A stretch of 64,000 nucleotides of DNA from Octopus sinensis (GCF_006345805.1 NC_042999.1:157852001-157916000), one strand, 5' to 3'. Positions 1 through 13,016 are shown, counted from the stretch's first letter. The notes: generated by a model from the sequence alone, not told the origin. A program made the numbers and translations.

Positions 1-97
1 AAGGGAGAGAAGGGGACAGATCAACGTAGAATGCGAAGTAATTGTAAGAGAGAGAGAGACAAACAAACAAAGTGTAGAGTCGTACCAAATTTACCAA

Positions 98-144
<47 letters not shown>

Positions 145-146
145 TA

Positions 147-493
147 GGCGCAGGAGTGGCTGTGTGGTAAGTAGCTTGCTAACCAACACATGGTTCCGGG
201 TTCAGTCCCATACATGGCATCTTGGGCAAGTGTCTTCTGCTATAGAGCCCCGGGCCCCGACCAATGCCTTGTGAGTGGATTTGGTAAACGGAAACTGAAA
301 GAAGCCTGTCGTATATATGTATATATATATAAGTGTGTGTGTGTTGTATATGTTGTGTGTCTGGTTTGTCCCCCTACCATTGCTTGACAACCGATGCTGG
401 TGTGTTTTACGTCCCCGTTACTTAGGCGTTCGGCAAAAGAGACCGATACAATAAGTACTGGGCTTACAAAGATAAGTCCCGGGGTCGATTTGG
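147..493 (+). mobile_element. SINE family A (tRNA-derived), 3'-truncated copy
   Basis: Head GGCGCAGGAGTGGCTGTGTGG (A-box-like) and GGTTCAGTCCC (B-box-like), internal (TA)n(TG)n tract; body matches about 15 other copies in the window. Confidence 0.9.
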
Positions 494-751
494 CTCTGCA
501 ATATCTTATAACTAGATATATCTATTTCCAAGCCATTAAGCTTTTATTTTAATTTACATATCGCTTTATATTCTCCTTTATTAGTTTTCTGCTTATTTCT
601 TTCTTTACCCACTTCTCTTTCTATAGGCTACTTTTGACGTTATATCTTCTAACGGTTTAAAAAAAAAACTTAATAGCATTCCGTTCATCATTATACACAT
701 CCATCACATTCTGTTAAAATGTCTTATTGATGAGTTTGGTTTCTTTCTTTC

Positions 752-839
752 TTTCCCTGATGAGAAGATTACATTGTTTTACACCATTTTATTCGTTTTG
801 AAATAATACCAATATTGTCTTCGAAACATATATCGGAAG
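752..839 (+). ncRNA. PLE-type (type I, minimal helix III) hammerhead ribozyme motif
   Basis: TTTCC-CTGATGA(757-763)-GAAGAT...GTCTTC-GAAA(823-826)-CATAT-ATC-GGAAG; stems I and II pair, C15.2/A16.2 mismatch in helix III. Confidence 0.65.
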
Positions 840-1128
840 TAAAAGAATTTGAATGACACCATAGGAAAAAATGGACCTGAACGAAGATTTAACAAAATTC
901 CTTTAGAAAATAAAATAAAGGAATTTTGTTAAATCTTCGTTCAGCTCCTTTTTTTTCCTATACTTAATATATAAAACTTCAAATTTCTGCATTAAGGCAC
1001 GGATTTTATGCCCCATGGTCGTAACTTCAACCGTGCTCTTTCTGTTGTGATTTTTGCTACTCAGGTATCGGTTATCATTTGAATTATCCATAATAAGATA
1101 TTTATTTATCTACTTCAATATAATATAT

Positions 1129-1190
<62 letters not shown>

Positions 1191-1480
1191 ATAGATATAT
1201 ATATATTATATATTTATATATATATATTATATATGTATATATATATATATATATAATATATGTAATATATATATATAAATGGATGTGTGTATTTTTCCCT
1301 TGTTTACAATTAACATGGAAAAAAATAAACAGTACCAGGGCAGCAAAAAAATCACACAAGTAATAAAGACGCAACACCCTGTTTGTAAAGGCATAAACTC
1401 CGTGTTGGTGTGAAATATTTTGTATGATATATATAAATAAATAAATGGAGTTAAACACAGGTGTCATTCAAATTCTTTTA

Positions 1481-1568
1481 CTTCCGATATATGTTTCGAA
1501 GACAATATTGGTATTATTCCAAAACGAATAAAATGGTGTAAAACAATGTAATCTTCTCACCAGGGAAA
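1481..1568 (-). ncRNA. Hammerhead ribozyme motif, mutated copy (CUGGUGA)
   Basis: Reverse-complement copy of 752-839 with A6-to-G in the core. Confidence 0.5.
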
Positions 1569-1899
1569 GAAAGAAAGAAACCAAACTCATCAATAAGACA
1601 TTTTAACAGAATGTGATGGATGTGTATAATGATGAATGGAATCCTATTAGGTTTTTTTAAAAAACCGTTAGAAGATATAACGTCAAAAGTAGCCTATAGA
1701 AAGAGAAGTGGGTAAAGAAAGAAATAAGCAGAAAACTAATAAAGGAAAATATAAAGCGATATGTAAATTAAAATAAAAGCTTAATGGCTTGGAAATAGAT
1801 ATAACTAGTGGAAGTGAAATGTAAGAAGAAAATCAATGTTCAAATTATATAGAATGGTAGATATCACTTATATGGACTAAAGGTCTATTTCTGCCAATG

Positions 1900-2520
1900 T
1901 TTTCATCGATAAGCACGCTCTATAAACGTGCTTACAAGAGGTTTCTCAGAAACTAGAATATAAAGTAGTTCACTATTACAGAATTGCCAGAATTATTTGC
2001 CTTTATCGTATGGAAATAAAATGGAGAGAATCAACCAATTTAAATTAAATTGTTTATTATGATCTTTTAGATACCAAATTAATTTACTAAGCCCTGTACT
2101 GTTGAGTTTATTACTATCCCTAAATGTAGAGTAATGATTAGAATTTCGTTTAGATCAATGAGAAGAACTACCGATATAAAAAAGACATCGGTACAGGAAG
2201 TAATTTTACACTGGTATATAGAGTTTGTAGTCTTAGAATTACTAGACATAAACTTAATTCAGTTGGGATTGACTTGAGAAACAATAATATTTCTAGGGGT
2301 ATGGTAAGTATTAGCTAAATTAATGTTAGTATTTTCAGTAATTCGATTCTTTTTTTAACAAACTAATATTATGTGAAGAGATAATTTGTGAAAGATTTTT
2401 TGCAGTAGAAAAACTAATCCTAACCGTGTGCGAGTTGATAATCGAATAATACCTAGAATTCCTTGGAAAATTCTTAATGATAGCTTTACGAAACTGGGAA
2501 GGAAGATTAGATTTAATTTT
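1900..2520 (-). pseudogene. PLE RT-endonuclease linker plus GIY-YIG endonuclease remnant
   Basis: Manual translation: NFPRNSRYYSIINSHTVRISFSTAKNLSQIISSHN (PLE linker) then NSIYQCKIT..YIGSSS..SKRNSNHYSTF..STGLSKLIWYLKD..WLIL..FCNSE, with frameshifts and stops. Confidence 0.8.
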
Positions 2521-2745
2521 TTTATATAGGTAGTTCTTCTCAGTTATCTAAAAGAATTTCTAATCCTTACTCTACATTTAGGGATAGTAATAAACGCATC
2601 AGTACAGGGCTTAGTAAATTAATTTGGTACCTAAAAGATCATAATAAACAATTTAATTTAAATTGGTTGATTCTCTCCATTTCATTCCCATATGATAAAG
2701 GTAAAGAATTCTGCCAACTCTGTAATAGTGAACTATTTTATACCA
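2521..2745 (+). pseudogene. PLE GIY-YIG endonuclease fragment (inverted duplicate)
   Basis: YIGSSSQLSKRISNPYSTFRDSNKRISTGLSKLIWYLKDHNKQFNLNWLILSISFPYDKGKEFCQLCNSELFY. Confidence 0.8.
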
Positions 2746-3150
2746 GAACAGAAGTTCGCTTACAACTCCGTTGTTAATTCAGTCCGGGCCAAAGCTGGGG
2801 GGATTTTTTTCCAGGACACTCCTGGGGGCACTGGGAAAACTTTTGTCAACAAATTAATATTGGCTTTAATAGTTGCACACTTGCAAAGAGAAAGGAGGAG
2901 AAAGTGTAGTGGTAATGGTAGGAGTGAAGCACTTGAAATGAAAGAGGGAAATGGTAAAATATTTACTTTTCTCGAATTTTTGCTTAATTGGGGGTGAAAT
3001 TGAAAAAAAACTTTACATGCCACGACCCGATGGAATCTACTTGTAAAATGATAGGTAAATTCCAATTGAAGAAATTCTATATTGTAGAATTGTATAAAAA
3101 ACAAATGGTTTGGGAGGCAGATAAAATCTGCCTTTTATCATAAGAGATAA
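2746..3150 (+). mobile_element. Helitron fragment (PIF1 helicase motif I) interrupting the PLE
   Basis: EQKFAYNSVVNSV..GGIFFQDTPGGTGKTFVNKLIL resembles Helitron helicase Walker A; small hairpin GCAGATAAAATCTGC near 3117-3131. Confidence 0.7.
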
Positions 3151-3443
3151 GTGATATCTACCATTCTATATAATTTGAACATTGATTTTCTTCTTACATT
3201 TAACTTCAACTAGATATATCTATTTCCAAGTCTTTAAGCTTTTATTTTAATTCATTTATCGCTCTATTTTTCTCCTTTATTAGTTTTCTACTTATTTCTT
3301 TCCTTTATCCCTTCTCTTTCTATAGGCTACTTTTGACGTTATATCTTCTCACGATTAAAAAAAACTTAATAGCATTCCGTTCATCATTATACACATCCTT
3401 CACATTCTGATAAAATGTCTTATTGGTGAGTTTGGTTTCTTTC

Positions 3444-3531
3444 TTTCCCTGATGAGAAGATTACATTGTTTTACACCATTTTATTCGTTTTGGAATAATA
3501 CCAATGTTGTCTTCGAAACATATATCGGAAG
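3444..3531 (+). ncRNA. PLE-type hammerhead ribozyme motif
   Basis: CTGATGA at 3449-3455, stem II GAAGAT(T)ACATTG/CAATGT(T)GTCTTC, GAAA at 3515-3518, ATC-GGAAG. Confidence 0.65.
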
Positions 3532-3912
3532 TAAAAGAATTTGAATGACACCTGCGTTTAACTCCATTTATTTATTTATATATATCATACAAAATATTTC
3601 ACACCAACACGGAGTTTCTGCCTTTACAAACAAGGGGATCTCATCTACTAAATACTTCAGTTCACTGACGAGATAAAAGTAAAGTGGGGTACTATGACCG
3701 ATTGGCTGAAATAGCTGTAAGAAACTATTCTACTTTCTCCGTTCTACATTATATATTTTTATAATTACTGGTATTTTTATATATGTAAAGCATATGTTAT
3801 ACATGTATGTATATTGTTTTAATTGTTTTTTTAAACATATAAATAAACATAATATAATGTCTAAAAGTTGATGAGAACCACCCCTCTTGATCTCCTCTAT
3901 TTTCTTAATGCC

Positions 3913-4010
<98 letters not shown>

Positions 4011-4037
4011 TGTGTGTGTGTGTGTGTGTGTGTGTGT

Positions 4038-4350
4038 GGAGGCGCAATGGCCCAGTGGTTAGGGCAGCGGACTCGCGGTCGTAGGATCGCGGTTCCGGTT
4101 CCCAGACGGAGTGTTTATTGAGTGTTTATTGAGTGTTTATTGAGCGAAAACACCTAAAGCTCCGCGAGGCTCCGGCAGGAGGTGGTGGCGATCCCTGCTG
4201 TACTCTTTCGCCACAACTTTCTTTCACTCTTTCTTCTGTTGGCCTGCTCGCTTAGCCAGCGGGTGGCGTCATTTGAAGGCTAAAACAATGCGAAGGGCAT
4301 TGTGACCAGCGATGTGTAGCAACATCTGATAACCTGGTCGGTCACGGTGA
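4038..4350 (+). mobile_element. SINE, head B plus tail 1
   Basis: tRNA-like head GGAGGCGCAATGGCCCAGTGGTTAGGGCAGCGGACTC; head and body shared with 26266-26643 and 57852-58155; tail shared with 13088-13350 and 44709-44999. Confidence 0.85.
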
Positions 4351-4476
4351 GGCAGCAAATTAGCAGAGTTTCACCAAAGAGCACCACAATAAACATCATG
4401 ACTGAGGGTCTTAGAACACCTACATTGCAAGAAATAAGAGCTAAATGGCTCTGTTACTGCTGTATACATACATTCC

Positions 4477-4805
4477 GGCATCGGCTGTAGATGGTCGGAA
4501 ACTGGCGACTGTGATATCTCTTTATGATTTCACCTTCAGATCGAAGCATCCTCAGAAGAGTCGGTACAGTTCGCCAGTTTCCGGACAGCCTCGCTACAAG
4601 CGTCTATGTTTACTTCATAAAAAATCTTGGATGATTTAGCGAATCGTTAATGTGTATACCTAAAATTAAATGAGGCAGCTAGTTAGAGATTCATCAAAAA
4701 GGAAAACAATAAACTCCATTAAATATAATTGCTTCGGTCTAATCTGAAACCGTACGGTAAAGAGATATCACAGTAGCCAATTTCCAGCCGTCTACGGTCG
4801 CTGCC
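4477..4805. repeat. Degenerate inverted repeat (MITE-like)
   Basis: 4477-4524 is the imperfect reverse complement of 4757-4805. Confidence 0.5.
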
Positions 4806-5103
4806 AGCATGTACGTATACAATTATATGTGCGTTGATAGCAGCAACAGAGCCATTAGCACTTTCAGTCATATTTAAAGATATTTATTATATACAAACAA
4901 GATCGAACGCACATACACGCATATTTCTTGTTTTCACTTGAATTTAACCACTTTTGGATTACTTTGAGAACGTTGTGTTATCATATATTAAACGGGTAGA
5001 TTAATTTCACTGGTATTTATGCCTTTTTGTATGGCATATAATGTATGGTGTATTCAGCAATTAACGATGTGATTTTTTCCATATTCTTTTTGTTTTAGAT
5101 GGA

Positions 5104-5107
5104 TATA

Positions 5108-5155
<48 letters not shown>

Positions 5156-5405
5156 TAGATAGATAGATAGATAGATAGACAGACAGACGACAGACAGACA
5201 GACAGATAGATATATAGATAGATAGATAGATAGATAGATAGGTATAGATAGATAGATAGATAGATAGATAAGATAGATAGATAGATAGATATATAGATAG
5301 ATAGATAGGTAGATAGATAGATAGATATATATATAGATAGATAGGTAGATAGATAGATAGATGATAGATAAGATAGATAATAGATAGATAGATAGATAGA
5401 TATGG

Positions 5406-5436
<31 letters not shown>

Positions 5437-5467
5437 GTAGATAGATAGATAGATAGATAGGTAGATA
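5104..5467. repeat. (GATA)n/(GACA)n microsatellite, left flank of Tx1 LINE
   Basis: Direct reading. Confidence 0.95.
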
Positions 5468-5811
5468 ACTTTCTTTTTTATTAGCACACACAGGCTGAAT
5501 ACAGAGGGACAAATACAAATGCAGAGCTTTTCTTTTCGAGGGTGGAAAAAAAAAAAATATAAGATTGCGATCAAAAGGATCGAGAGGAGGAAGAAAAAGG
5601 AAAAAAAAAAAAAAAACGGAAAAGGAAAAAAAAAAAAAAGAAAATCGTGTTATCACAGAATAATGGTGTAAACATTGATATAACAAGATTGGGTTCATCC
5701 GTGGGGAGAAAAGCCTACAGAAAAGACCACGGAACCCCAGTCAGGGAGGAAATAAACACATGAGGTCAAAAATGCTCTCTTCTTTCTTTTTTACGATCTA
5801 CAGGATCATGC

Positions 5812-8800
5812 TCAAGATGGTTCGTTACTAGCACGCACCATCTTTGCAACATTCACCCATCTTTTTTTGAATCTTTCGCGAGACAAAACTTCCCTCTCCA
5901 TTCTCACCTTCCTTTTCAAGTGGTACTTGAAAAAGTTGATGAGCGATTGGCCAGAGAGGTAAGTGTTTGTCTCTAATCCTTTCGCTCGAGTCCACCACAC
6001 ATTCTTTCACCATGGCCACCATTACGATGAAAACTGCCTTGCCTTCCCGGTTGAGGGAGGGGGCGGAGCAATTCTCACGATAGACTCGGCCGATAGGCGG
6101 ATTCGTCCCACACGTGACAGCAGCCGTTCGGCATAACCCACAGGTCGGAAATGGTTGGACATTGCACGAGTGCGTGCAGAACGGTTTCGTCGCTCTGACC
6201 GCATCTCGGGCAAGTCGGTTCAGTGTGTCTGGAACCGTGTCTGTAGAGCTTATCCCGACAGGTAATGCTTCTCGATAGCACTGCCAGGCCAGGGATCTTT
6301 GTTGATTGTTCATAGGTCCCGGCCCGAAAGTTGTCCTGAACAGGCGGGTCAGGTGTTCCTCGTCGACGCCCAGACTCTGCCCGAGTTCGTCGTCGCACCT
6401 CCCCTCCACTAATCCTCTATAGAATGCCTTTGTTGTGATGGAGTCGCACAAGTTCGATCCCGGACGGCAGAGTTGCTTGAGAGCAACGCGAACACTCGCG
6501 GTGCCATTCGCCTAGCCTCGGTCTCTGCTTGATCCATGACTGTAGTTCGTCCAAGGAGACGAGCTGCGGGAAGCGCGGCCGCACAAAAGGCGACCACCCC
6601 TGTTCACCGTTGTCTATGAAGCGCCGGAGATGTCGCAGTCTCAGCGCATGTCTGCGCATCATCAACCACGGCATGCCCAGCCCTCCATTTAGCGGGTGTT
6701 GGCAGCAAATGGATCGTCTAACCATCGGAACGTTTCCTTCCACAAGAAGCGGAAGAGTATGCGTTCCAGTTTGGTGATGGTAGGGTCGGGACAAGGCACG
6801 ACGGTCAGACGATACTCGATGACGGATGCGATGTACGCGTTCGCCACCTCCGCCCGACCTTTTAGGGATAGCTTTCTCTCAGTCCATTTCTGGGTGAGAG
6901 TAGCCACCCTAGTCGTTATCTCGCCCCAGTTCTTCTCCATTTGGAGGTCCGGACCGAACCAGACCCCGAGCAATTTAAACCGGTCCGTCCGTCCAGCGTC
7001 CCACGATGGAGACGCTGTTGGACGGCATGGGCTTGCTTCTCCAGTGCCGAGCCGCAAGCCCACTGACTTTTCCCGGTTAATTTTTGCTCCCGTTACCGCT
7101 TCGTATTCTTTCAGTGTCTCGCCGACCAGCTCGATGTGCTCGTAGCTCGACACTATGACGGTGACGTCATCCGCGTATGCAGACACGCCTCCCGCATCCC
7201 AGCTCTCGTGGGATGCCCCTCAGCGTCGCCAGTTTCCCTCCGCAGTAGTGGCTCAAGAGTCAGTACATACAGCAGCGATGAGAGGGGGCATCCCTGACGA
7301 ACCGAACGCATGATGTTAAAAGGTCTGGATAGATGACCATTTACGCGAACTACTGAGCGGATGCCGCTGTATAAGGCAGCGATCCAACCGCGGAAAACTG
7401 GACCGAAACCAGCCGCTTTGAGGACGCCTCCAAGTAGTGATGGTCTACCCTATCGAAGGCTTTTGATTGATCCAAATTGATCAGCGCCCCACCCATGCCA
7501 GGATTTTAACTACCCTGTCTATGATGTAGCGCATCAGATGGAGGTTGTCATGAATACTTCTACCCGGCACGGCGCATGTTTGCGCCTTGTCGATTAGTTT
7601 CTTGATGACAAGCGCCAACCTCTCGGCTAACACCTTGGCCAAAATTTTCAAATCTGCGTTGAGCAGAGTGATGGGCCTGAAATTACTATGACGTCCCCCT
7701 TGTTTGGGTCTTTCTTGATCAGTGCCACTGCTCCTCGCTTTACAAAAGCAGGAATACTCCTTTCTGCTGCCAGTTGCAGTAGACAGCTGCCAAGACCCCT
7801 CCAAACAAGTCTGGCATATGAAAATAAAATTCGTAGGGCAGACCATCCAAGCCTGGTGACTTGTCTCTCGCGCAGCCTACCATCGCATCCTGTACGTCCG
7901 CAGCTGTGATAGGCTTTTCACAAGACTCCACCTCCCTTGCTGAGAGTCGTGGCAAGGCATGCAGGTAGGCACTAAAGTCCACTCTGCTTTCTGACTCACC
8001 ACTTGTCCCAAACAGTTGGGTGAAGTGTTGTTTGAAAACCCCACACACATCTTTTAGGCTCGAGCATTCGCGCCCCTGTTCATCTATAAGAGATTTGATG
8101 GTGGCTCTGTTGCCTCGTTGCGTCTCCACCACTCGGGCCTCTTGGGCGGCAACACTCCTTCGTTCCTCAGAGCACGCATCCTAGCTCTGACAACGCATCC
8201 CTCGTGTTTGGCGTTGAGGTGTTGGTCGAGGGCCATCTCGCCCGCCAGTACGTTGGACGCGATGCCAGTTCTAAGTGCCTCTTCTAAAACCTTAACTAAA
8301 TCTCCCTCTATTCTATTTCGGTCTAATGCTAGGGCTCTACTGTATCTGACTGATTCTGCTTTAATCGCTTTTTTTAGGGCATACCACCATCTGTTGTTGA
8401 TGATGGTACCCGTCAAAGCTCTCTTAACTAATGTGCTGATCCGGTCCCTGTAAACCTGTCGTGCTGTAAAAGACGCGTTCAGTTTCCAGTAACCAGGACC
8501 CTGCCTATGTGTCTTATCTAAGTCAAGTGTACAAGTCACAAACTTGTGATCTGTGTAACTGACTATATGAAATTGTGGACAACCTACACTATTTTTATCT
8601 ATTGTCCTACAGAATACTCTAAGTATGATCTGGACGACCCGATGCGGTTACTCCATGTCCACATTGGCACATTCGGGTGGTCCAGTCGGTACCTGTCAGA
8701 CAGTTGGAAACGTCTGAGCAGGTCTTTGAGGCATTTGCATCCCCTTCTATTGCTATCTCTGCCCACGTAGTCTAGATGCGTGTCCAGGGTGCATTCCAAT

Positions 8801-9226
8801 CCCCCACTAAAAGTAAAGGACGAGACGTTCCCATGAAATACTCTAGACGTCGAAAGAAATCTGGTCGGCCTGTTAAGGACGGAGCATAAACTGCTATCAG
8901 TCGAAAAGCACACTCATTGCTGCCATCGACATCTAAAACGACCAGCCTACCCTCCGGGTCTAGGAAATTTGCTCTTACTTTACTTTGAGATCCAGACTCT
9001 TCCGGATAAGCACCGCGGTGCCACCTCCGCCCATTCTCGGTAGACACGGAGAAAAATAAATGTTGAAATGTGTACCGAAAATGTGCTGGAGTGCCCGCAA
9101 GCTGTGGAGTCTGGTCTCACTGATGGCTATGATATTCAGATTTAGTGACTTGATGTCATTTAACAGGTAGCCTTGTTTCCAAGGCGACCCCAAGCCACGT
9201 ACATTTATACTACCTATTCTGAGCAT
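5812..9226 (-). pseudogene. Tx1-like ORF2 (AP endonuclease, reverse transcriptase, zinc knuckle), multiply frameshifted
   Basis: MLRIGSINVRGL..IAISETRL (APE), LIAVYAP, VGDWNA, DKSPGLDGLPYEFY, RPITLLNADLKILAKVLAERL, GRSIHDNL, YADDVTV, CPRCGQSDETVLHALVQC. Confidence 0.92.
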
Positions 9227-9299
9227 GTTCCGATAAAAGTGCAAAAAGAAAAGGAGAGAGAAAAGGTTACTTGTTTTTCGAAAGTTCTTTGTCTTCACC

Positions 9300-10850
9300 T
9301 CACGGTCTTCTTCTATGAGGCTTTTATACAGTTTTTTCGATGAGTACTTTTGAAATCTCCCTACTGCATCAGGGTAAGAGATTTTAGGGTGCTGTATGTG
9401 TTCTGTGTCACGTGTATTATTTTAATGTGTTGTGGTGGTGTTGTTGTGTGGTTGTTTACTTGTTTTTATGTCGTTTTCAGTAATGTTAGTGTTTGACCTA
9501 ATGTGTTCCATTAGGTCGTGGTTGTTTGTGTTAATGGCTGTCAACATTTTTGCGGGGTTTGATGATGGTGTGTTTGTGTTGATGTGTGTGTTTTCTGTGG
9601 ATGTTTTTGTTTCGGGAGTGGTGATCTTCCCGCTTTGTTTGTTATTTTTTCTTTTCTTTTTTTTCCCCTTTTTCTTCTCCCCCCTGTGGCTATTTGCCAA
9701 TCTTCCGTGTCTTCTTCGTCTAATGACAGATCAGACGAATCGGAGTCTGAAGAGGGAAAGTATTGGGGTCTATTGTCGACTGTGTTGGTTTTGTTGTGGT
9801 GTTGGTGGGGTGAGCGTTTGGTTGTGGTGTATGCGGTTTTGGATGTGGGGTTTGGGTATTTTGTGTTTGAGTGATTGTGGGTATTGTTGTGTTGTTTAGG
9901 GTCTCAATTTTGTGGGGATTTGGAGTTGTAATTGTTTCTTCATTTTTGCTGGGTGTCTTTTTGGCAGATGTCCTTGGTTTGGGAGTTGGTATATTCTTGG
10001 TTGTTGTTGTTGGTGATGCTGCTTCTGTTCTTGGTGCTGCAGTTGGTGTGGTTGTTTGTTTGGTGAGGTTTGTTCCTGCAAAAGGTGGTGTGGGTAGTAA
10101 ACCTTGTTTATTTGTTTTTGTTCCGGCTGCTGTTGTTGTTGCTGTTGTTTTCTTGCGGCAGATTTGCAGTCTTTTTTTAGGTGTTGCTCACTGCCGCATA
10201 TAGCAACGTGGTCTTCTGCCATCGACGACCACATATAACTTGTGGTCGTCTGATACACATATCTGGGTGGGTATTTTTTTTATATCTTCATGATGTATAT
10301 GTAGAAGAATTCTACTTTTTTTCCCACCCAGTTTTTATGCTCTGTGACTGTGGTTTCCAAAATAGTATATTCGCCATTTTTACGCATAAGGCCTTTACAA
10401 GCCATAGACTATTGGCTATTTTGGGGACATTGTTTAGAGTGATCTTAGTCACTTTCTGTCCCCGATAGCTTGGTGTAAGTTGGAGTTCATCTGAGTGAAG
10501 AGTTAGCGTTGAGAAATGTCTAGCTAACTCTTCGTGTAGAAAACAACTTGTATGTGGGCAAATTGTTCCACCAGGTTACATATTCTTTGTGATCCGATGG
10601 GTTTCAAGCACTTCTCTATTTTGCTTGTGTTGGCCTTCTCTGGGATTTTTGTTTTTTTTGTAACTATTTTATAAATGATTGTTCGTCTTTTTTCATTTTC
10701 CAAAATGTCTTCTGGTATGTTTATTTTTACTATACCTTCTGATTCTGTTATTTTGATGTTCGTGTCCTGTATTTTGTGAGCCGTAAAGTATATGTTGTTT
10801 GTTTTTTCTTTAATCGCCTCAGCGAAATTTGTTGTTGTTTGTTATTGTTG
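9300..10850 (-). pseudogene. Tx1-like ORF1 (gag-like, CCHC zinc knuckle), frameshifted
   Basis: TTTNFAEAIK.. N-terminus; KLYVVVDGRRPRCY(I)CGSEQHLKKDC is restored by one 2-nt correction near 10199; Q/T/N/K-rich C-terminal half. Confidence 0.75.
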
Positions 10851-10965
10851 TTGCTTGTGGTGATGTTGTTGTTGGCTGCAGTTTTATAAAATTGTGTGTT
10901 TGGTTCGATCGTGCAAGTAGGAAGGGGTTGGAAAATTGCCTGCGTACTTTAGTCCTGCGTACTTA

Positions 10966-11050
10966 GATAGATAATAGATAGGTAGATAGATAGATAGATA
11001 GATAGATATATAGATAGATAGATGATAGATAGATAGATGGATGGATGGAG
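10966..11050. repeat. (GATA)n/(GATG)n microsatellite, right flank of Tx1 LINE
   Basis: Direct reading. Confidence 0.95.
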
Positions 11051-11234
11051 TTCTGGCATACTGCATCACGATTCTAAAAATATGACAGTTGAAGAGATGA
11101 GTGCGTGATGCATTTCATACGAGCTTGTCGGCAACCAATCACACATCGATAACTAATCATACTCCAATGTGTTTATAATCTATTATGTTTATATACTCAA
11201 GCTGCTTCCAATTCATATCTGAATGTGTGTGTGT

Positions 11235-11703
<469 letters not shown>

Positions 11704-11714
11704 ACGTTCCCTTA

Positions 11715-11865
11715 TCGCCCCGATTTGGCAAGCGAGACCGATAAAATAAATACTATACTTAAAAAAAACAATAAAAAAACAAAAAAAAACATTAGTACTT
11801 GGATGAATCGTTCGACTAAAACCCTCGAAAGCGGTGCCCGCAGTATGGCTGCAGTCCAATAACTA
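11715..11865 (+). mobile_element. SINE family A 3' fragment (degenerate)
   Basis: GAGACCGATAAAATAAATACT...CGACTAAAA...GCGGTGCCCGCAGTATGGC. Confidence 0.6.
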
Positions 11866-12407
11866 CCTTAAATAAAGGCTAAAAGACAAAAATATAACCA
11901 AACAAGATGCAGAAACGTGTGTTTTATGGTCCAGTGCCGCCTTTCATAGCGCTGTGATGTGTTTTCACATCACAAATTCTCATTACAGGCTGTGATGTTT
12001 TCACACGTCATTGCCTGTTAGGAGAATTTTTCTCTCGAGACAATTTATGTAGGAAAGATTTTTTCACGTCCAAGCAAGTACGAACGTGTTAGATATAATT
12101 ACACACACCTATATTTCAATCGAAGTTGCTTTGATTACGCCTCTAGTTAATTAAACTCATTTATCAACAGAAAAAGTTCATTAGTAGGTGCAAAGCTCCT
12201 TGCCTACGTACGTGGATTTTACATATATAAAATACGAAATTATCACGAGTTCTAGCGTGACGTATTCTAAAATATGACAGTTGAGGAGATGAGTGCGTGA
12301 TGCATTTTCTACGAGCTTGTCGGCAACCAATCAGACATCGATAACTAATCATATTCCAATGTGTTTATAATTCTAGTCAGACAATTGATAGAAAATCGTT
12401 TAAATAA

Positions 12408-12674
<267 letters not shown>

Positions 12675-12794
12675 AAACAAGAAGAATATGGAGAAAATTA
12701 CATTGTTAATTGCTGAATACACCATACATTCTATACCATACAAAAAGGCATAAAATACGAGTGAAATTAATCTATCCGTTTAATATATTTTGCT

Positions 12795-12938
12795 ATTTTA
12801 TTTATTTATTTTATCTAGTTTCAGCTCACGAGCTGTGGCCATGCTGGGGCACCGCCATTTGGTGTTGCTACATGATTTTACTTCACGAATGCTTTTTAGC
12901 AACTGCCATTTGGTGCATGAGAGAGTTCGATGCAGCTA
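12795..12938 (-). mobile_element. CR1-like LINE extreme 3' fragment
   Basis: Near-identical reverse complement of 11557-11703. Confidence 0.9.
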
Positions 12939-13016
12939 TGATAACACAACGTTCTTAAAGCAATCCAAAAGTGGTTAAATACAAGTGAAAACAAGAATTT
13001 TCTATCATAGACTAAG

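Larger units (their letters stand above)
511..3636. mobile_element. Penelope-like element (PLE) complex with inverted/fold-back architecture and three terminal-repeat copies
   Basis: About 350-490 bp repeat at 511-860 (+), 1378-1871 (-) and 3147-3636 (+); inner inverted repeat 1985-2185 vs 2517-2713; snap-back palindrome 861-961; GIY-YIG and linker coding remnants inside. Confidence 0.85.
5468..10965 (-). mobile_element. Near full-length decayed Tx1/L1-clade non-LTR retrotransposon
   Basis: ORF1 with CCHC knuckle, ORF2 with APE, RT and C-terminal CCHC; AATAAA at the 3' end; flanked by GATA arrays with a candidate 23-24 bp TSD. Confidence 0.9.

Noticed and set aside
4038-4110. tRNA-like sequences at SINE heads (also 26570-26643, 41744-41815, 57852-57920)
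   Set aside because: A and B boxes are present but there is no complete acceptor stem, and each continues into a SINE body; not tRNA genes
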